From assembly GCA_002794465.1 (NCBI GenBank), contig MTSL01000211.1:1-21998 (forward strand): 21,998 nt of DNA, given 5' to 3'. The translations under genes and the position numbers were made by a program. Positions within the stretch are counted from its first letter, which is position 1; each line of letters begins with the position of its first letter. Source of the DNA: Paramicrosporidium saccamoebae KSL3 (taxonomy: Eukaryota; Fungi; Cryptomycota). Below the pieces are notes generated by a model. It saw only the letters and a program-made list of their open reading frames with translations, was not told where the DNA came from and ran no database searches. Below are positions 17,271 to 21,998 of this stretch, piece by piece.

Positions 17271-18329
17271 CAAAGTCTATTTCGACCATGTCACTGTCAA
17301 TTTCTACCACGGTGGCGTGTTCCATCTCACTAGCAGGAGCCTTGATGCTAAAAAGCTGATCTCCATAGGCCGTCTTGATTTGGACAATTTCTTCGGTCCA
17401 TTTTGCGAGAATATCGGCGTCTGATATCACAAACCCAGCAACAAGACATGGATCGATAGAGTAAAAGGCGACCCGTCCCAAATCTGCACAGCTATACGTA
17501 CTCAGATCCTGCAGGTCAATAGTAACGCTTTTCCAGATACCTCTGACGAAACATTTTCTCGTGGGGCCGGTCTGGGATAATGGGGATCCAAGTATAGCAA
17601 GTCGTTGTTTTCAAATCCAACAAAGTATAAAGCACTGTTTGGCCGCCCTCTAACGGTCAAAGATGTCAAGGTAACTGTACCCAGCAATGCCTACAGTGTA
17701 TCGATTCGTCAGCAACGCCTATTAGTATTAAAAACCCCACCGCCCCACATCTGGTACCTTAATGGGCCCAATGTAGACATCGTTTAGAGAATCCACTCCA
17801 AGCCTCATTGGAATCCAGACAAGCACCTTGGCTCCTCCAAGTAATTCGCCAATTTTCTCAAGGTCAATGGTCATATCGACAGCGCAGTATGACCGCAGTC
17901 CAACATTGAGATTTTCATTGATCAGGCCACTAAGACAGCGCGATGTGACTGAGGGCGCGTGCCACTCGCCAATGCGTCGTCCCATGGACGCTCCCGCCGA
18001 AGCAATATTATGCAACGACAGAGGTGCACTCGGCGAATCCTTGAACAAATCCACCACAAATCGTCTTACACTCTCATCCTGTTCAGCCAGCAGCCAGCCT
18101 AATGTCAGGACACTGTGTAATGTCTACCATCTCCAAAGATGGTTGCCAAGACTGCCGTGGCCGCTAACATCTGACCACATCTAATCATGCAACCCCACCC
18201 TGCGTCTGCTGTAAACGCCGTTCCTGGTATCATATCAAAGTCATAACGATAGGTAATCCAAAAAAACGCTGCTGCGATGCTTGTTGAGAGGGTAGCATCC
18301 GCTTCAGCGTCGCATCCGATTATCCTCAT
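17260..18329 (-). CDS. ATG4: Autophagy cysteine protease Atg4 (312 aa), 5 exons
   Basis: Exons 18329-18128, 18098-17758, 17718-17681, 17649-17541 and 17508-17260 (939 nt); introns of 29, 39, 31 and 32 nt. Motifs are WITYR, DAGWGCMIRCGQM (catalytic Cys), IGEWHAPS, VGIAGGRPNSALYFVG, LYLDPH (Asp/His) and IDPCLVAGF, with a C-terminal DFEPI LIR-like motif. Confidence 0.95.
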
Positions 18330-18384
18330 TTAAGGTGTGGGATAGTATAACTGCAGACCAGGGACGGGAATAAAGAGTCTGATG

Positions 18385-18537
18385 ATGAGCTAATTAATTT
18401 TATTAAAGTATACGGCTGCTTTATGTGCCGTCATCCTCAATGTGGCAGGAATAGATTGTGGGATCGCATAAATATCTGGGTCAGACGCGCCAATGCCTCG
18501 TCAATAATATAGCGGATACTGTTTAGCAGAGTCATTT
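18385..18537. repeat. Dispersed non-coding element Y, homologous to about 17015-17150
   Basis: Same shared blocks as Y'. It is also followed by ggcaattttatt (18555-18566), the 12-nt core of the 41-bp repeat. Confidence 0.8.
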
Positions 18538-18575
18538 ACTCAAACTCCATAATAGGCAATTTTATTTTTTAAAGC

Positions 18576-19769
18576 TTAAAATCGATTTTTGGAAAAATCC
18601 ATAAACTGATGGACCGTTTCGTCAGTAACGGCGGCACGACGCTCTTGGAATCCAGAAATAAAAGTCTTGAGTACCTCGGCGCATCTCTTCTTTACCTCTC
18701 CGGTCAGCATGCGGCCAGCCTTGTAATCTTCACCAATCCTTTCGAGCTCCTGGTCATCGTCGAGGAAGAACCGGAGATATTGATAGGCCACGTCGACGGT
18801 CAGATCGGCACCCTTTTCGCGCTGCTCCTCCAAAGTTGCCTGACCACCGGAAAAGGCATATTTGTTGAGCTTTGTTTCGATCTGCTTGGGAGTGTCAGTC
18901 ATAAAGATGGCAGAGTTGACATCACTTGCACTCATCTTGGTGTGGAAGCCCTGTAAGGCTGGGAAGAAAACTGAGCACATGGAGGCAGGCTTGATTAGTT
19001 TTAGTCGAGGCGCAATGTCGCGACAAAGACGAAAGTAGGGATCCTGGTCGATGGCGTAGGGAATTAAACATGGCACGTCCTTCTTACCACCAAAAAGATG
19101 GGGGAAGATTTGAGAGAAGCATGGCGCAATCTGAGAGGCAGGATAGGCAATCTTTCCAATAGAGTCGCTCTCAGTAAATCCAAAGACTGAACTTGCTTGG
19201 TTAAAGTTGATCATCTTTTGAATCCTGAGCACAGTTTCGAACATTTGGCCCATATACATGGTGTCTGGGAAGATGAAAGTCTTTTGAGGGTTGAATCCAA
19301 CAGCAATAATATCCTTGCTGTTATCAAATGCGTAGCCTTTGCACTGTTCCAGCGTAAGCGCCTCCTTGAAAAGGAATTTCTCATCGTCTGTCATTTGAAT
19401 TACCAGGAAACAATTGAACGCATCCTGAAGATATTTGCAAAAGAGAAACGGGATCATATGGCCAAGATGCATGCTGTCGCTAGAGGGCCCGCGTCCAGTG
19501 TACAAGTAAAACTCTTTCCCAGCGGCATGCAAGTCGAGAATTTTCTCCAAGTCGCGGTGACAGTAGAATGCTCCACGACGTAGGAGCGGATGCACGGGCA
19601 CTCCCGTTTGTTTCTCCAGCCTAGCCACAAGTGCTTCGCTAATGGGTTGACATCCAAACTGTTTCATTAGCTTTCCATAGTCTATTCCAACTTCCACACC
19701 GTCAATAACTTGTCCACGCACGTCCCATGGGGTAATTTTTTGTTCAGTGGAACTTGCTCCAAGATTCAT
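18576..19769 (-). CDS. WRS1: Cytoplasmic tryptophanyl-tRNA synthetase
   Basis: QKITPWDV, YLYTGRGPSSDSMHLGH (HIGH), CLIPYAIDQDPYFR, KMSAS (KMSKS) and KYAFSGG; eukaryotic cytosolic type, single exon. Confidence 0.97.
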   Translation of the reverse strand: MNLGASSTEQKITPWDVRGQVIDGVEVGIDYGKLMKQFGCQPISEALVARLEKQTGVPVHPLLRRGAFYCHRDLEKILDLHAAGKEFYLYTGRGPSSDSMHLGHMIPFLFCKYLQDAFNCFLVIQMTDDEKFLFKEALTLEQCKGYAFDNSKDIIAVGFNPQKTFIFPDTMYMGQMFETVLRIQKMINFNQASSVFGFTESDSIGKIAYPASQIAPCFSQIFPHLFGGKKDVPCLIPYAIDQDPYFRLCRDIAPRLKLIKPASMCSVFFPALQGFHTKMSASDVNSAIFMTDTPKQIETKLNKYAFSGGQATLEEQREKGADLTVDVAYQYLRFFLDDDQELERIGEDYKAGRMLTGEVKKRCAEVLKTFISGFQERRAAVTDETVHQFMDFSKNRF

Positions 19770-19960
19770 CTTTTTCGTTGCTCTATAATATAAGACGATG
19801 GCGCCAGAATATTCACTCTTCGATATTTTCAGACATTAATCTTCAATGAGACACAACGACTCCCCCCGGACCTTTTATAGTCTGCTAGTCCGGGTGAATC
19901 AATTGAGCCAACCAATAAAAACGCGCCAAGCGGCACTCAACTACGAGTCCCACGTAGACA

Positions 19961-21895
19961 ATGCGCACGTACGAAGGGTGGTGGTTCTTCTCCAACGAGA
20001 CAAAGGCAGTACAAGAGGAATTGGAGTGGATACCATTCCGGACATACGACAATGACCGTTTAGAACAGGCCCTAGAGGATGTCTCCATGCGAGAACTTCC
20101 TGATGAGCTGGTGGTCTACGATTCTTCAGGACAGCGAATGTCCAAGGTCAATGTTACCACCATGACCATGTGCCCAATATATTGGAGTGGTCCTCCCATT
20201 GCAGTGAGACGCGTAGTCTGGATGCAAATGAAGGATGATGAGGACAGTCATGGCGGCATCCCTGTCGTCCCCGAATGGGATCCCATCCTGGAGGCGGCCT
20301 ATCAAGACAATCTCGAGTGGCTTCGGGCTCCCACCTCTGAAGAGGTAGTTGAAAAGATTGTTGGTCTGGGCGATAGTCTGGCCCCGTTTGTGTTGATCCT
20401 GAGGCAAGGCTACCCGGAAACAGCAACGGTGACTCCGCGAGCGCGATTGGATGAAAAGCCCATATTTGGCAAGACTGAAAGCATTCGCCTGATCAGAGGC
20501 TATACACCGTACCATATTGCTGTGGTCTCGGCTCTGAAGATGGCTGAAGGTAACAAAGGAGGTGCTGGAAACAGCGTGGCTTTGAAGCCATTGATTCTTC
20601 CCTCTCCATTTGATCCGCCTGATCTGAGTCGGCCCAATGCGCCCTCCCAGCTGCTCTTTGTTGTCCATGGGATTGGACAGAAACTAGCGGGTAAAGTTGG
20701 AGCTGGGTTCCTCAAGGATTGCAGCTTTCTCCGCGAGCGTGTGCAATATGCCACCAATGTAAGAGAAGGGAACCCCGAGGATATTTACATCTTGCCAGTG
20801 TGTTGGAGAGATGGACTGCAGTTGGGGATGAAGACTTATTTTGAAGACATTTCCGAGGTTGAGGACACCTTTGAAGATTTGGTCTCACGGGTAACCTTGG
20901 CAAATATTCCTGCAATTCGAGGCGTTGCCACTGATGTTGGCTTGGACATTTTGCTGTACATGACCCCCGCCTACTTTTTGAGGATCATTGAGCGTACCTT
21001 GTCCGAAGTGCGACGATTGTATTCCATCTACTTGGCGACTGGTGGAGAGGGCGCCCAGACGACTACAATTTCGTTTGTGGGACATTCACTCGGTTCTGCC
21101 ATTGTCAACGACCTCTTGTCCTTTATTGTGACATCCTCCGAGTCGATTGACGATGCTGCCAAGGCAGTCTCTTCAAACCTTGGATTCACAGTGGATCGCT
21201 TCTTTGCCATTGGATCGCCCCTCCCCATGATGTTCCTCTTGAAACAACTCAAACCCATCGGATGTGTGCCTAACATCCACAAGCTTGGCTTGGACTCGGT
21301 AGCACCAAGAAGGAGTGCCTATCCCAGTGTGCCCGAGCCAGATACCAGTAATGATAGTCCACGAAAATTTGTGTTTGCGTGTCGTGAAGTGTACAACATT
21401 TTCCATCCTTACGATCCACTTGCATACCGATTAGAGCCCCTGATTGTCCCTCCGGCAGAGATGGCTCGCTTAACCTATCCGGTACGGCTACCTTATAACA
21501 AGAGGGGAGCTCTGCATTTGAAGAGACAGATGGAGGAGGGCGTCCAAGAAATTAGAAGCAAGGCTAATAAGGCCAAGGATGAGCTTGTTAATTCATTGAC
21601 AAAGTCCATGAGCTCTCTGCCAGAATGGCTTCGACCACGAATTGCTTCACCTGAAGCCCCCAAGGCCCTTGAAGAAACTGTCGAAAAACCCACACCTTTG
21701 GGCGTGAATGCGGGACTGATCAAATTCAATCATCATGGACGCGTGGACTATTCCATTGAAGAGTCATTATTTGAAAATTCTTACGTCTCTGCCATCAGGT
21801 CACATTTTTCATACTGGGATGATATTGACATTGCGTCGTTCCTAGCTGTAGAGTTGCTTTCTTTAACGCCCAAACCGTCTAGTGGCACGCTATAA
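19961..21895 (+). CDS. DDHD-domain intracellular phospholipase A1 (DDHD1/2, yeast Ddl1 family)
   Basis: LLFVVHGIGQK, lipase GxSxG motif FVGHSLGS, FFAIGSPL, YNIFHPYDPLAYRLEPLI, GRVDY and SHFSYW. The specific orthologue is not resolvable by eye. Confidence 0.9.
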   Translation: MRTYEGWWFFSNETKAVQEELEWIPFRTYDNDRLEQALEDVSMRELPDELVVYDSSGQRMSKVNVTTMTMCPIYWSGPPIAVRRVVWMQMKDDEDSHGGIPVVPEWDPILEAAYQDNLEWLRAPTSEEVVEKIVGLGDSLAPFVLILRQGYPETATVTPRARLDEKPIFGKTESIRLIRGYTPYHIAVVSALKMAEGNKGGAGNSVALKPLILPSPFDPPDLSRPNAPSQLLFVVHGIGQKLAGKVGAGFLKDCSFLRERVQYATNVREGNPEDIYILPVCWRDGLQLGMKTYFEDISEVEDTFEDLVSRVTLANIPAIRGVATDVGLDILLYMTPAYFLRIIERTLSEVRRLYSIYLATGGEGAQTTTISFVGHSLGSAIVNDLLSFIVTSSESIDDAAKAVSSNLGFTVDRFFAIGSPLPMMFLLKQLKPIGCVPNIHKLGLDSVAPRRSAYPSVPEPDTSNDSPRKFVFACREVYNIFHPYDPLAYRLEPLIVPPAEMARLTYPVRLPYNKRGALHLKRQMEEGVQEIRSKANKAKDELVNSLTKSMSSLPEWLRPRIASPEAPKALEETVEKPTPLGVNAGLIKFNHHGRVDYSIEESLFENSYVSAIRSHFSYWDDIDIASFLAVELLSLTPKPSSGTL

Positions 21896-21998
21896 TCAAA
21901 GAATTATGTGAATAAACAACGTGTGTGTGGTGAATTGCAAAGGTGGAGCTAGGAAAGCCAAAACTATGATACAATTGATGCAACTGATACAACAGAAA

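Noticed and set aside
5529-18329. Apparent frameshifts and premature stops in CDD1, GYP8, the OB-fold gene, CHC1 and ATG4 as pseudogenes or recoding
   Set aside because: Each break is cleanly resolved by a GTA...AG mini-intron that restores conserved motifs in frame.
18382-18490. Box C/D snoRNA in element Y (ATGATGA at 18382-18388)
   Set aside because: There is no downstream CTGA box D, and the paralogous Y' lacks box C.
168-21729. Numerous 60-180-aa antisense or alternate-frame ORFs overlapping the main genes
   Set aside because: They lie within confidently identified genes, have no recognisable motifs and are expected shadows of long coding regions.

Overview
This window is eukaryotic, not prokaryotic: an extremely compact, gene-dense region with 12 housekeeping-type protein genes. 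In order they are RAD2/XPG (5'-truncated by the window), mitochondrial uL23, CSE1 exportin, cytidine deaminase, a TBC1D20/Gyp8-type RabGAP, a three-OB-fold Zn-ribbon protein resembling the meiotic RPA1 paralogue MEIOB, LEO1, RRN3, clathrin heavy chain, ATG4, cytosolic TrpRS and a DDHD phospholipase A1. I reconstructed 12 tiny GTA...AG spliceosomal introns (27-39 nt) by hand; they explain the broken ORFs in the six-frame track. Start codons of divergent genes lie as little as 37-42 bp apart. Microsporidia-like compaction combined with retained clathrin, ATG4 and a mitoribosomal protein suggests an early-diverging Rozellomycota/microsporidia relative such as Paramicrosporidium or Mitosporidium (inference only). 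The most interesting signals are the MEIOB-like gene sharing a ~42-bp promoter with LEO1, a duplicated non-coding element plus a perfect 41-bp direct repeat bracketing ATG4, an unexplained ~600-bp gap containing a textbook mini-intron, and drifting tandem repeats at gene 3' ends. No CRISPR array, rRNA, tRNA or transposase was seen.
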